From Podarcis muralis (Eukaryota), in assembly GCF_964188315.1 (NCBI RefSeq), contig NC_135667.1, forward strand, positions 22,320,001 to 22,384,000: DNA of 64,000 nucleotides, written 5' to 3'. Below are positions 50,863 through 63,221 of the stretch, one piece after another. A program made the translations under genes and the position numbers. Below the pieces are notes generated by a model. That model saw nothing but the letters and a program-made list of their open reading frames with translations. It did no database searches and was not told where the DNA came from. Positions within the stretch are counted from its first letter, which is position 1; the number at the start of each line of letters is the position of its first letter.

Positions 50863-51713
50863 TGCGTGGACAGGCGGAGTCCCCAGATCCCCCGCGGTCC
50901 CCCCGTCATGTGGAATAACGACTCGAGACAACGTGCTATGGGATTAAATTGGCCACAACTTTATTAAATTTCAAATGTGGGTAGACCTTGGCTCAGGCAT
51001 TGGGCGTTCTCCCTCCCCAGTCCCCAGCCAGGGACCTAGGGAGCATCAGGGTTATCCAGTGTGTGTGTGGGGGGGGGGGATGGGCCGGCTCTGGAGAACA
51101 TATGTTCAAGCAGAGATAGCCGCCGCCGCAGGGGAGAGCAATGACAACCTTTCGGCGCATGGCTAAAGCCTCCCGTCAGAAACCCCTTTAACGGGGAACC
51201 CTGGTATCGCCGCCGCAAAGAGGAAGATGGACTAAAGGATTCCGCCCAAGGCCTGATACCGCCAAAGTTGTGACGTTTTGCTACGGGAAAGGCGAAACCT
51301 GCCAATGCAGGGTAATTCCTTTCCGGCCCTTTAACAGCGACCTTAACGTAGCAGCGCCCGCATACCTGTGAAGAAAAGTTAACCTGCGAAACCTGTGAAG
51401 AAAAGTTAATCTGCAAAATAAGACATTAACTGAGGGTGGGTAGGGTGGGAGAAGCTCTGGAGCCAAGTGAGGATTCCCAGGTAAGATCCTCCCTCTATTG
51501 TGTGGGCAGGTAGTCCCTCCCCTACCTAGCCTGGTCTCCTTGGCAACGCTTCCCCCAGGTGGGATTGGGCAAATGACTGAGATAGGCGGAGACCTCCAGG
51601 TATCCCACCTGAGGGAAGGCAAGGCCAAGCCTATGCTGTTGGAGCCGCTCCAGATCTAGGGGCTGCACGCGTCCACGCAAAGGGCGCCCCCTGTTTTAAG
51701 CGGGGAGCAGTCA
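50863..51713 (-). mobile_element. Non-coding structured repeat, copy 3, in G intron 2 (CpG-rich, so probably young)
   Basis: Absent at the paralogous H site (near 62835-62850). On the minus strand it starts TGACTG and ends CCACGCA, and carries the family motifs. Confidence 0.7.
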
Positions 51714-52042
51714 TTGTGTGTTGTTCTATGTATAATTATAGTGCTTTACTACTTTTAAACATTTCCTTTTAAAATGTTATGTTTTTGGCATAGTCAGTGA
51801 ATAACATACATGCATGGCCATCACTTTGTGTATATGTCAAGCCTTGATTGTTAAATAAAGCCTGTGTGGGTCATTCTTAAATTAGAATCAAGAAGTGTAA
51901 CAACCTAAGCACTTCACCTCTTCCTTCTACTTTGAAATAAGCCAATTCTTTTAAGAAAAAAAAATGTTTTGTGACAATACTTCAGGAATATAAACATTAA
52001 GGGTCAGCTAAGCAGAACTCTGCCATATCACATACTGGGTTT

Positions 52043-52045
<3 letters not shown>

Positions 52046-52093
<48 letters not shown>
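52046..52093. repeat. (AAT)n microsatellite; the paralogous tract is near 63168-63220
   Basis: Direct reading; followed by a short L2-like tail remnant. Confidence 0.9.
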
Positions 52094-52096
<3 letters not shown>

Positions 52097-52902
52097 CAAT
52101 CATTTATACCCCGCCCATCTGGCTGGGTTGTTTGGGGGCATGAGCTGCATGCAGGACAAATTTACCTGGTGACACACAGCCCAGAGAGCAGAGTTGTGTT
52201 CCCCATTGTGCTCTAGAGACCCGAGGAAATCTCATGAGAAGAGGAAAGGGCCATGGCCTTTAAAGGTTTGGGGCATTTTGCCCTATGAGCTTCCCACTGA
52301 TCTGTTCCCGTGTCTGAGCCTCACTGGGTTTTTGCGACCACTCATTGCAAGTGGTGGAAAGTGGTGGCAAGTGGCGGAAGGGATTGACTAATGCACACTC
52401 TATACTCTGCCTATAGGACCTCTGCCTGGCTGGAATTTAGTCCCCATTATTATTATCCTCCCACAACACACCTATTTGTATGTAGGGAGGGGAGATCTTA
52501 TCTGCCACTGCTGACTGGATGAAAACTATTTCCTGCGGAAGCTAAGTTTCTGAGGAATACATTGTATTCATAGCAATACTTCATGAGTTCCCAGAGCAGT
52601 TTCTCTTCAGCTTTAAACCCACCTGGAAGCTTTAGGCCAACCAACACTCTCACCCTCAGCACCCAATTTGTTGCAAGGAAAATCCACTGACATTGCAGGT
52701 CTACTGAAAGTATAAGTGACAAAATGTGAGTATTGTTATTTGGACATTGTATCTATGGATGATATTCAACGCACGTTCTGCTCAAACTGCGTGGCAAGTT
52801 AATGGACATGAATAAATTAGGTTCATTAATTTCAGTGAGTCTACTCTGAGTAAAACCAATTTGGGTACAATCATATTCTCTGCTTTCCACACTTTCCTTT
52901 AG

Positions 52903-53763
52903 CTCATTTATGGCCCTGCTCCAGTGATGAATGACAAAACGCCAGGTATCCCATTCTACCAGATGGTGCCCAGAGAAGACAGTCAGTTTGCAGGGATTCT
53001 TTCTTTGCTTCTGCATTTCAGGTGGACATGGATTGGACTCCTAACTATGGATAATGACAATGGAGAAAGATTTGTGCAAAGTGTGGTTCCGCCTTTTTCT
53101 CAGAGTGGTATCTGCTTTGCCTTCATAGGAAGAAGCCCAACAGTTACCGTTGTCACTGATATTAATGACATGTTTAACAAGGGGGGTAATATACATGATA
53201 AAATCATGGATAGTAAAGCCAGTGTAGTGGTGGCATATGGAGAATCCTATGGGATTGTGTTGTTGAGATGGTTTCCATATCTGTCAGAACAAGAACATAT
53301 AAGTGAGAAGTCAAAAGGTATAGTGTGGATAATTACAGCCCAGGGGGAGTTCAGTTCAATGGTCTATCAGAGGACCTGGGATACAGAAATGTTCCATGGA
53401 TCTCTCTCATTTACAATTCATTCCAATGATCTACCAGGATTTCAAGAATTTGTTAGAAACAGAAACCCATCCAGCGCCACAGGAGATGGCTTTATCAAGG
53501 ACTTCTGGCAACAGGCCTTTGGCTGTGTATTCCCAAATACAGATGTCAGCAAGGCAGATGGGGACATTTGCACTAGGGAAGAGAAGCTGGAGAGTCTTTC
53601 TGAGTCTTTTTTTGAAATGAGCATGACCTCTCACAGCTACAGTGTCTACAATGCTGTCTATGTTATGGCACATGCTTTACATGCTATGTCCTCATCTAGA
53701 CTCAAGCACACTGCCATGAAGAACGGAGGCATGCAGAAATTTCAGGATCACCAGCACTGGAAG
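52903..53763 (+). CDS. V2R-G exon 3
   Basis: 861 bp open frame, AG/GT; closest to B exon 3. Confidence 0.95.
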
Positions 53764-53987
53764 GTAATGAATGTGAAAGAAGGGGGGGGGGGGGAGAATC
53801 ATCCAGTGTGTATTTTAAAGCAAACCAATTCACACCTCCCAAATGAAACTTTCTCTTTCATCTTCCTTCATCCCTTAAAAAGAGATAAAACTGACAGAAT
53901 ATTTTTGCCACTTTACCTCCTTATTTCCTGACCCTAACATATACACTACAGCATTTTCTAACTATTGTTTTTTCCATTTCAATTCAG

Positions 53988-54215
53988 CTCCATGAATTTT
54001 TGAAAAGGGTGTCATTTAACAATTGTGCTGGGGAGAGAGTCTCCTTTGACCAGAATGGGGAGTTTGCAGCTGGCTTTGATATTGATAACTGGATATTCCT
54101 GAAAAATGAATCCTTTCATAGAATAAAAGTTGGGAGGACCGATCCCCTGGCTTCTCCAGACCAAGTGTTCACCATCAATGAGAATGTCATAACATGGCAC
54201 AAGGGATTTAATCAG
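53988..54215 (+). CDS. V2R-G exon 4
   Basis: 228 bp, AG/GT. Confidence 0.94.
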
Positions 54216-54362
54216 GTAGAGATAGTTTAGAAAATATTATGCTCCTATAAAATCATATTTTTTTGTGATTGTTACATAACATATGCAAAGTCTCCTGGAT
54301 TTTATTGGTTCCTCAGTGATTATCTTCAATATCACCATTAATATTTTTCATTTACACATTAG

Positions 54363-54489
54363 ACACAACCTCTTTCTGTGTGTACTGAGAGTTGCCATCC
54401 TGGTTCTAGGAAAAAAGTGAAGGAGGGGGAGCCATCTTGCTGCTATGATTGTATCCCATGCCCAGGAGGGAAGATTTCAGATCAAACTG
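54363..54489 (+). CDS. V2R-G exon 5
   Basis: 127 bp, cysteine-rich, AG/GT (translated by hand). Confidence 0.93.
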
Positions 54490-54766
54490 GTAAAGTGTAT
54501 AATGTAATTGGACTTTTTCAACATCAGAACAGTAGCTGAAGAAACACCATTAATAACTTTTAAATAATTATCTCAATGGGGCTGAGTTTATATTCCTTAA
54601 ATGGGTTGTCAGTTTTGGCTCCTTTTTTAAACATCAGTGGATAATTGATTAAGAGGTTTTTTAAAAAAATAATAATTATGGCTGTAATCTCTTAATGCCT
54701 TTGTAAATCAAATATTTAGTTATAATAATATACATCAGCTAAACCTTGAATATCATTCAACCAGTA

Positions 54767-54806
<40 letters not shown>

Positions 54807-55282
54807 TGTTGAATTATGAAAACACTTTCTGCTTTCAAAATACCTCCCAGCTTAATACCAAAGTTAAGGCTATATTATATTACCTCAAGCTCCACAATGT
54901 TGGGAAATAGGAAGCTATGTCTGTAGCCATAAGTGACGTGCCACATGGATAATGATATTGTGCACTACCAAAAATTCTGCTTATTTACTAGTTATCCTCA
55001 CTGTATGGCATGCTGTTCCTTAGTCTTTCAGCTTCAAGGGAAGGTTGGGAGGTGGGGGGGAGGAGGAATCATTGGACCAGCAAAGGTGAATAGGACATGG
55101 GCATAAATCAACACACACAAAGATTAACCCAACAAGGCTCAGATGCTTTATTCCTGGACTGTGAGGACAAAGCATCTTTGCTCATACAAATCTAATCACA
55201 AGGAGAATAACATTTATTGCATGATGGGGAAATTTCTGGCCATATTTTCTACATAAAAATACCGTTGTTGTTGTTTTTTCAG

Positions 55283-56184
55283 ATATGAGTGATTGCCATA
55301 AATGCACAGATGAAAAATATGCAAACAAAAAGCAGGATTTATGTATTCCCAAGAATTTCAGCTTTCTGTCTTATGAAGAACCTTTGAGTCTCTGCTTAAC
55401 TACTTTAGCTCTTTCATTTTCTATGATGACAGCTTTAGTGCTAGGAATATTTATGAAGCACCACAACACTCCCATTGTCAAAGCTAACAACCGGGACCTC
55501 ACCTATACTCTCCTCATCTCCCTGTTCCTCTGCTTCCTTTGTGCATTTTTATTTATTGGACAACCCAAGAGGGTAACGTGTTTCCTTCGACAAACTACTT
55601 TCAGCATCATTTTCTCAGTGGCTGTTTCTTGTGTGCTGGCAAAAACCACCACAGTGGTTCTGGCTTTCATGGCCACCAAACCTGGATCCAAAATGAGGAA
55701 GTGGGTGGGGAAGAGTTTGGCCAACTCCATTGTTCTTTCCTGCTCCCTCATCCAAGCACTTATTTGTACTGTTTGGCTTGCAACCTCTCCCCCATTCCCA
55801 GATGTTGACATGCACTCCTTGACTTCAGAAATTGTATTAGAATGCAATGAGGGGTGTGTGACTATGTTCTACTGTGTTCTTGGCTACATGAGCTTCCTGG
55901 CAACTGTCAGTTTCACTGTGGCTTTCCTTTCCAGAAAGTTACCCGACAGTTTCAATGAAGCCAAGTTCATCACTTTCAGCATGTTGGTCTTTTGCAGTGT
56001 TTGGTTATCATTTATTCCCTCCTACCTGAGCACAAATGGAAAACACATGGTTGCAGTGGAGATTTTCTCTATTTTAGCCTCCAGTGCTGGACTGCTGGGT
56101 TGCATCTTTGCACCCAAATGTTACATTATTATGCTAAGGCCTGAATTGAACAGCAAGAAACATCTAATAAGTAGAAAGGATTGA
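55283..56184 (+). CDS. V2R-G exon 6 (7TM)
   Basis: ttcag|ATATG acceptor, intact frame to TGA; the six exons total 2628 bp. Confidence 0.95.
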
Positions 56185-57829
56185 ACAATATGTCCACATC
56201 CGCTATTGCAATGTGGAATCTAGCAAAGTATGTGTAGTGTGAATGCATCAGAATGTTTGCCTCCATTTAGCTGCCTTAGAAGAAAACTTACTCAAAATAT
56301 TCCAACACAAATTTCACTTCCTAAATTGTATATTCCCTGCCTTAATGATTATGGTTACCAGATTAATATCAATGAATCCTTAGGATAAATTCTTGCAATC
56401 CCTGCTCACTTAGCGCTCTGGGGGAGCAGCGTTTGCTGTGCAGAAAGGCCACAGCCCTGTTTGCACTGCCATAGGGGGGCACATTTAATGCTCCCCCTTC
56501 CAACTGTGAGGTGAAGGTTTGTCAGAAGGACCAATCCAGTTGCAGGGGAAGGGGCAGATCAGGCCCACCACTTGTCAGTACTTAAGAGGGCAACCTCAAG
56601 GACTTCAGCATAAAATTATCAAATGATAATTTTAGAGAATGGATGGGGTGCACCTATCAGCTGCAGGGAATGAGTTCTGCTAACAGGGTGTGGATAGGGG
56701 ACTCAGGTTGCAGCCTGGCAATGTGGGGGTCCATCTCAGATGGCAGATAAGGCATTGGGTTAGATCTTTAGCTAATTGGGTACCCTGTTAAAGGGGTCCA
56801 TGAAAGATGTCTCTGTCCAGGAGCCCACATGGGGGCTAACGGACAATAGCTCCCTTCTCAACGGTGACCCAAGCTGGGTTGATGCACCTGGTCCATGTCA
56901 GGGGCGACTCCCCAGTTATGTGTTAAACCCCATTGTATTTATCAACTAGCAGGTGGGCTGCTTGATACTGAATTCATACCCAGTGTCTTGGCCTAAAGCT
57001 ACCTACATCTGTCATGTGGCCCATTTCAACCCAGTGCCAATCTCCTATGTTTATTCCTATGTTTTCTGGTCCCTACCAAGCTTCAGGCAGTCTGTGATTA
57101 TAACAAAAGGGAAAGGATTCAAGATCTTACCAAATGGATAAGAAAATATCTGGCAATGCCAAAACCATACCTTGCATTGCAAAACCAAAGCCATAATTTA
57201 CACTGACCCCACCACTGTCGCCTCTGAGTGAATATCCTGGCAGCTTCCACTAAAACAGCTCTGTAATCCTCTATATTGTCTTACCATCCCAGCCAACTCA
57301 ATGTATTGGGTAGTGTATAAAAGGAATTCATCAAGGGAAGGGAGAATCAAGGCCCCAGGCTATGTTTATATTAACGACTTTCTAATTTTAATTTTTGTTA
57401 AAAAAATTCAGAATTGTATTTGTGGTATCTGTTCATTTAAAAAAAAAGGCATTCTTACTGACACTTCAGCTAAAAAAAGAATTGGAATGGATTACAGATT
57501 AATACAGAAGCAATACCATAAAACAAAACAAAATAAATAATGATTGCTAGTATAGTACACTGGAATAGCTCAGTTGGTAGCACATAAGACTCTTTATCGA
57601 TTTCTGTGTCCTGATGTTTTCATGTTAGTGTTAGCTAGCATGATGATACTGTTAGTGGATCTTTCTGTACATATGTATCTTTACTTCAAAGACTCGAATG
57701 CCTACATATAGTAGATAACAGTATTTAGCTTTGTCTTGTATCTGGAGACAATAAATACTTTATTACTCTGAACTAGGTGGGAGAAGAGTTTTCCCCTTAT
57801 CCTGGGACTCTGTAAGAAGCTGTCTGCTG

Positions 57830-60689
57830 CTGCTGCTGTTGTTTTGTTGTTTAGTCATTTATTCGTGTCCAACTCTTCGTGACCCCATGAACCAGAGCAC
57901 CCTTGGCACTCCTGTCTTCCACTGCCTCCGGCAGTTTGGTTAAACTCATGTTGGTAGCTTTGAGAACACTTTCCAACCATCTCATCCTCTGTTGTCCCCT
58001 TCTCCTTGTGCCCTCAATCTTTCCCAACATCAGCGTCTTTTCCAGGGAGTCTTCTCTTCTCATGAGGTGGCCAAAGTATTGGAGCCTCAGCCTTAGGATC
58101 TGTCCTTCCAGTGAGCGCTCAGGGCTGATTTCCTTCAGAATGGATAGGTTTGATCTTCTTGCAGTCCATGGGACTCTCAAGAGTCTCCTCCAGCACCATA
58201 ATTCCAAAGCATAAATTCTTCGGTGATCAGCCTTCTTTATGGTCCTGCTCTCATTTCCATACATCACTACTTGGAAAACCATAGCTTTAACTGTATGGAC
58301 CTTTGTCGGCAAGGTGATGTCTCCGCTTTTTAAGATGCTGTCTAGGTTTGTCACTGCTTTTCTCTCAAGAAACAGGTGTCTTTTAATTTTGTGACTGCTA
58401 TCACCATCTGCAGTGATCATGGAGCCAAAGAAAGTAAAATCTCATCAAAAGGTTCTTTAATTCCTCCTCACTTTCTGCCACCAAGGTTGTGTCATCTGCA
58501 TATCTGAGGTTGTTGATATTTCTTCTGGCAATCTTAATTCCGGCTTTGAATTCATCTAGTCCAGCCTTTCGCATGATGAATTCTGCATCTAAGTTAAATA
58601 AGCAGGGAGACAATATACAGCCTTGCCATACTCCTTTCCCAATTTTGAACCAATCAGTTATTCCATATCCAGTTCTAACTGTAGCTTCTTGTCCCACAGA
58701 GATTTCTCAGGAGACAGATGAGGTGATCAGGCACTCCCAATTCTTTAAGAACTTGCCATAGTTTGCTGTGGTCGACACAGTCAAAGGCTTTTGCGTAGTC
58801 AATGAAGCAGAAGTAGATGCTTTTCTGGAACTCTCTAGCTTTCTCCATAATCCAGCACATGTTTGCAATTTGGTCTCTGGTTCCTCTGCCCCTTCGAAAT
58901 CCAGCTTGTGCTTCTTGGAGTTCTCGGTCCACATACTGCTTGAGCCTTCCTTGTAGAATTTTAAGCATAACCTTGCTAGCATGTGAAATGAGCACAATTG
59001 TGCAGTAGTTGGAGCATTCTTTGGCACTGCCATTACCTCCATCTTATTCCCTGGCTAAAAAAGCATACAAACAGGCCCAGAAATCGGCCAAACGGGAGTG
59101 GCACTTAAATCGTTGGCAGACTATAATTTCTGCCTCAAAATCTCATAACTCCCGGAAATTTTGGTCCTTAATAAAGGGTAGAAACACGAAATATCCCTTA
59201 ATGATGATCCCAGCCCCTACATGGGAGCAGTTCCTGAGAAAATATTTCTCAGTGGCAAAAGCTCCGGCCACTCATTGGAGACCTTCTAATCCCCTTCCCG
59301 TCTGGCCTAATACCAACCCTGCTGAAATCATTTTGCTTGCCTTCTCTCCCCCGCTGTTTGCAAGGCCTCATTGGACAGCCACTTTGCTTTCTTGCATTTC
59401 CTTTTCATTGGGATGGTTTTCATTGCTGCCTCCTTTATCATATTACAAGCCTCCATCCATAGTTCTTCAGGCACTCTGTCCACCAAATCTAAATCCTTAA
59501 ACCTGTTCCTCACTTCCACTGTGTATTCATAAGGGATTTGATTTAGATTGTGTCTTACTGGCCAGTGGTTTTTCCTAGTTTCTTCAGTTTAAGCTTGAAT
59601 TTTGCTATAAGAAGCTGATGATCTGAGCCACAGTCAGTTCCAGGTCTTGTTTTTGCTGACTGTATAGAGCTTCTCCATCTTTGGCTGCAGAGAATATAAT
59701 CAATCTGATTTTCATGCTGCCCATCTGGTGATGTCCATGTGTAGAGTCGTCTCTTGTGTTGTTGGAAAAGAGTGTGATGACCAGCTTGTTCTCTTGACAG
59801 AACTCTATTAGCCTTTGCCCTGCTTTGTTTTGAACTCCAAGGCCAAACTTGCCAGTTGTTCCTTTTATCTCTTGACTTCCTTTAGCATTCCAATCCTCTA
59901 TAATGAGAAGAACATCCTTTGTTGGTGTCATTTCTAGAAGGTGTTGTAAGTCTTCATAGAATTGGTCAATTTCAGTTTCTACAGCACCGGTAGTTGGTGC
60001 ATAAACTTGGATTACTGTGATGTTAAAAGGTTTGCCTTGGATTCGTATCGAGATCATTCTGCCATTTTTAAGATTGTATCCCAGTACAGTTTTTGCCACT
60101 CTTTTGTTGACTATGAGGGCCACTCCATTTCTTTTACAGGATTCTTGCCCACAGTAGTAGATATGATGGTCATTCAAACTGAATTCGCCCATTCCTGTCC
60201 ATTTTAGTCCACTGATGCCGAGGATATCAATATTTATTCTTGCCATCTCATTTTTGACCACATCCAGCTTAACAAGGTTCATGGTTCTTACATTCCAGAT
60301 TCCTATGTAATATTTTTCTTTACAGCATTGGACTTTCCTTTCACTTCCAGGCATATCCGCAACTGAGTGACCTTTCAGTTTGGCCCAGCTGCTTCATCAG
60401 TTCTGAATCTACTTGTACTTGTCCTCTGCTCTTCCTCAGTAGCATGTTGGATGCCTTCCGACCTGAGGGGCTCATCTTCCAGCGTCATAATTTTTATATG
60501 CCTGTTGTCTTTGTCCATGGAGTTTTCATGGCAGGGATACTGGAGTGGCTTGCCATTTCTTGCTCCAGGTGGATCACGTTTAGTCAAAACTCTCCACTAT
60601 GACCTGTCCATCTTGGGTGGCCTTGCACAGCATAGCTCATAGCTTCTCTGAGTTATTCAAGCCCCTTTGCCATGACATGGCAGTGATCC
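57830..60689 (-). mobile_element. Near-full-length, frameshifted BovB (RTE-clade LINE)
   Basis: APE motifs (IGIWNVRTM, ITVIQVYAPT) and RT motifs (FIDYAKAFDCVDH, LRYADDTTL); (CAR)n tail; 15-bp TSD AGAAGCTGTCTGCTG at 57815-57829 and 60690-60704; empty site in the G copy near 47703-47717. Confidence 0.95.
59032..59330 (+). mobile_element. Fragment of a different LINE (EN-RT linker region, RTE-X-like, tentative) inverted inside BovB
   Basis: Open frame AKKAYKQAQKSAKREW...NSRKFWSLI...WEQFLRKYF...LPVWP...EI that is unlike BovB, on the opposite strand. Confidence 0.6.
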
Positions 60690-61323
60690 AGAAGCTGTCT
60701 GCTGGGAGCTACAAATCTCTGAAGACTCGGCTGGGGCTCTGCATACACTGCTTAACCCAGCTTAAGGTGTGGTGAACCACCCACTACCTTTCACAAGTCA
60801 CCAACAGGTGACAGTCAGTACTACCTACTGGACAGGATGCAAGTAAGAAAGCAGGTAGGCAGGACATAACTGAGGGAAGATTGAGGTTGGTGGGGCAATG
60901 TTTCATGGACTTGTTACTTATCCCTGTTCTGAAACAAGGCACACCTTTGATCAAAATATTTTATTTTCTCTCTGGACTTCTTATTCTTTGGTAATTTCCC
61001 CAGTGTGTCACAACCAATTCAGGTACCCATGATATCTAACTGAGTGAACGAAACCAGTTAATTTTTGATTTAACACAAATATAATAATTTCTCAACAATT
61101 CCATAGAGTATGCACAATTTTATACTCACTGCTTTCCTCTTTCAGAATGACTGTAATTAAATATTCCAGTTGCAGTGGCCACAAAGAAAGCTGATGACAG
61201 CCTTTGAAGAAAATTACATAAAGATTGTGATCAGACAAGGATATATCAGCCTCATCTCTGACACTTTGTATTTTAGTCCTTAGCTTTAAGAGATGAAAAT
61301 AGTGTCGTTGCCTGGTGTTAACA

Positions 61324-61541
61324 ATGGTGTTATTGCTTGCCTTGATTTTGTTAATGTTTCCTCACATGGTAAGCAAAGCTCACGTCATTAAGTGCATGGT
61401 TGATGATCCACATGCTCCACTTCATCAGTATCATCAGCCAGGAGACCTCATCATCGGAGCCATTGCTTCCCAGGCTTTCATAATCTCCAATCGAATCAGC
61501 TTCACTGAAGAACCCCCGCCACCTTTGTTTGAAGAGCTTGC
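61324..61541 (+). CDS. V2R-H exon 1
   Basis: ATG, signal peptide, GTAAGA donor; 218 bp; paralog of G. Confidence 0.93.
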
Positions 61542-62518
61542 GTAAGAGTTTAACTTATTCCTTTTTTTAAAAAAAGGATATCTTACTATGAATTTGCTTT
61601 TTCTTCTTCTTTTCTGAAGTGAATGGTATTTGTTCTTACTGGGAGCCAGAGAACACCTCTGACTTTCTGACTCCCTTATCTAGCATGTTATAGAAAGTTT
61701 ATTCATGGTTGCTACCTTTCATCTTCTGCCTTCAACTTTGTCATCTCTGCTGTACATCTCTTTCAGCATATATACAACATGTCATCATTCTCATTCTTAA
61801 CAATATCTGAGAAAAAATAACGAGCACTCCAAGGCATTATGAATCCATATATGCATCTTATCCCCCACCCCTTCATTGTTTTATGTTTTAAGGCATATCT
61901 AATTCAGTCCTCCGAATCTTATCAAAATTATTTTTGCTCCTCTTTAATATCCTAGAGGAAAAGTTGATCTAAGCAATTACATGGCATCTTCTTTTACTGC
62001 ATCAGATAGCAGGTCCAATTATGCCAGTTTTTCTACTTTTGGTAGCTGCTCTCCCTGAACTGTGACAGATGTCTTTCCTGGTCCTGTTATTCACAAGGGG
62101 TCTGCAACTGAAGATGCTGTGAATTGAATCAATGACGATCTGTAGACAGTATATAAACCCTGCCTTAAGTTACAGTTTTTCTGCATTCCTTCTCCTGCAA
62201 TTTTATACCCCAGCTTTGGGACATGATTGGTGGCAGTCTTGGGGATAAGGAATAAAACTCCAGTTTCAGCAATTCCTGGAGTTACTGCTATGTCTTGGAA
62301 CTTTTTATTAAGATGAAAAACAGTACCCCACCTTCTCAAATGGTATTCCCACCTCCCTGTCAAACTAATGGTGCAAGTGAAAAAAGGATGTAGCATTTTA
62401 AAAGTTCCAGGGAGATGGAATAGTTTAATAATATTTTTAAAGCGATACAATACTTTTCTAACAATTGCAATATCAGTGTGAAGTTTCCTTATGATTCAGA
62501 ATACAACTTACCTTCTAG

Positions 62519-62810
62519 TGCAATACCTAAGAATTATCAGCACATCCTGGCCTTGGCATTTGCAGTAAAAGAGATTAATGAAAACTTTCACCTCTTGCCC
62601 AATATCACCTTGGGTTTCCACATCTATGATAACTATTATACTGATAAGTGGACCTACCATGCTACAATACTACTTATATACACCCTGGGAAGATTTGTCC
62701 CAAATTACCAATGTGAGGTCCAAACAAACCTGATTGGAGTCATTGGGGGACTGGACCCCCCAACCTCACTTCAAGCAGCAAGATTTGTGGATATTTTCAA
62801 AATCCCACAG
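62519..62810 (+). CDS. V2R-H exon 2 (gene continues off the right edge)
   Basis: 292 bp, AG/GT. Confidence 0.93.
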
Positions 62811-63167
62811 GTATGCCATATGTTTCTATCAATGTGTGTATGTTTGTGTGTGTTGTTCTATGTATAATTATAGTTCTTTACTACTTTTAAACATTTCCTT
62901 TTAAAATGTTTTGTTTTTGGCATAGTCAGTGAATAACATACACGCATGGCCATCACTCTGTGTAAATGTCAAGCCTTGATTGTTAAATAAAGCCTCTGTG
63001 GGTCATTCTTAAATTAGAATCAAAAAGCGTAACAGCCTAAGCACTTCACCTTTTCCTCCTACTTTGAAATAAGCCAATACTTTTAAGAAAAAAAAGTTTT
63101 GTGGCAATACTTTAGGAATATAAACATAAGGGTCAGCTAAGCAGAACTCTGACATATTACATATATT

Positions 63168-63221
<54 letters not shown>

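Larger units (their letters stand above)
46250..56330 (+). repeat. Tandem segmental duplication unit containing V2R-G; the next copy (56330 to the window end) contains V2R-H
   Basis: Continuous non-coding and coding alignment 46250~56330, 48329~61324, 50549~62519, 52610~64000. Confidence 0.9.

Noticed and set aside
57851-60354. ORFs of 98-249 aa as host genes
   Set aside because: They are frameshifted pieces of BovB endonuclease/RT.
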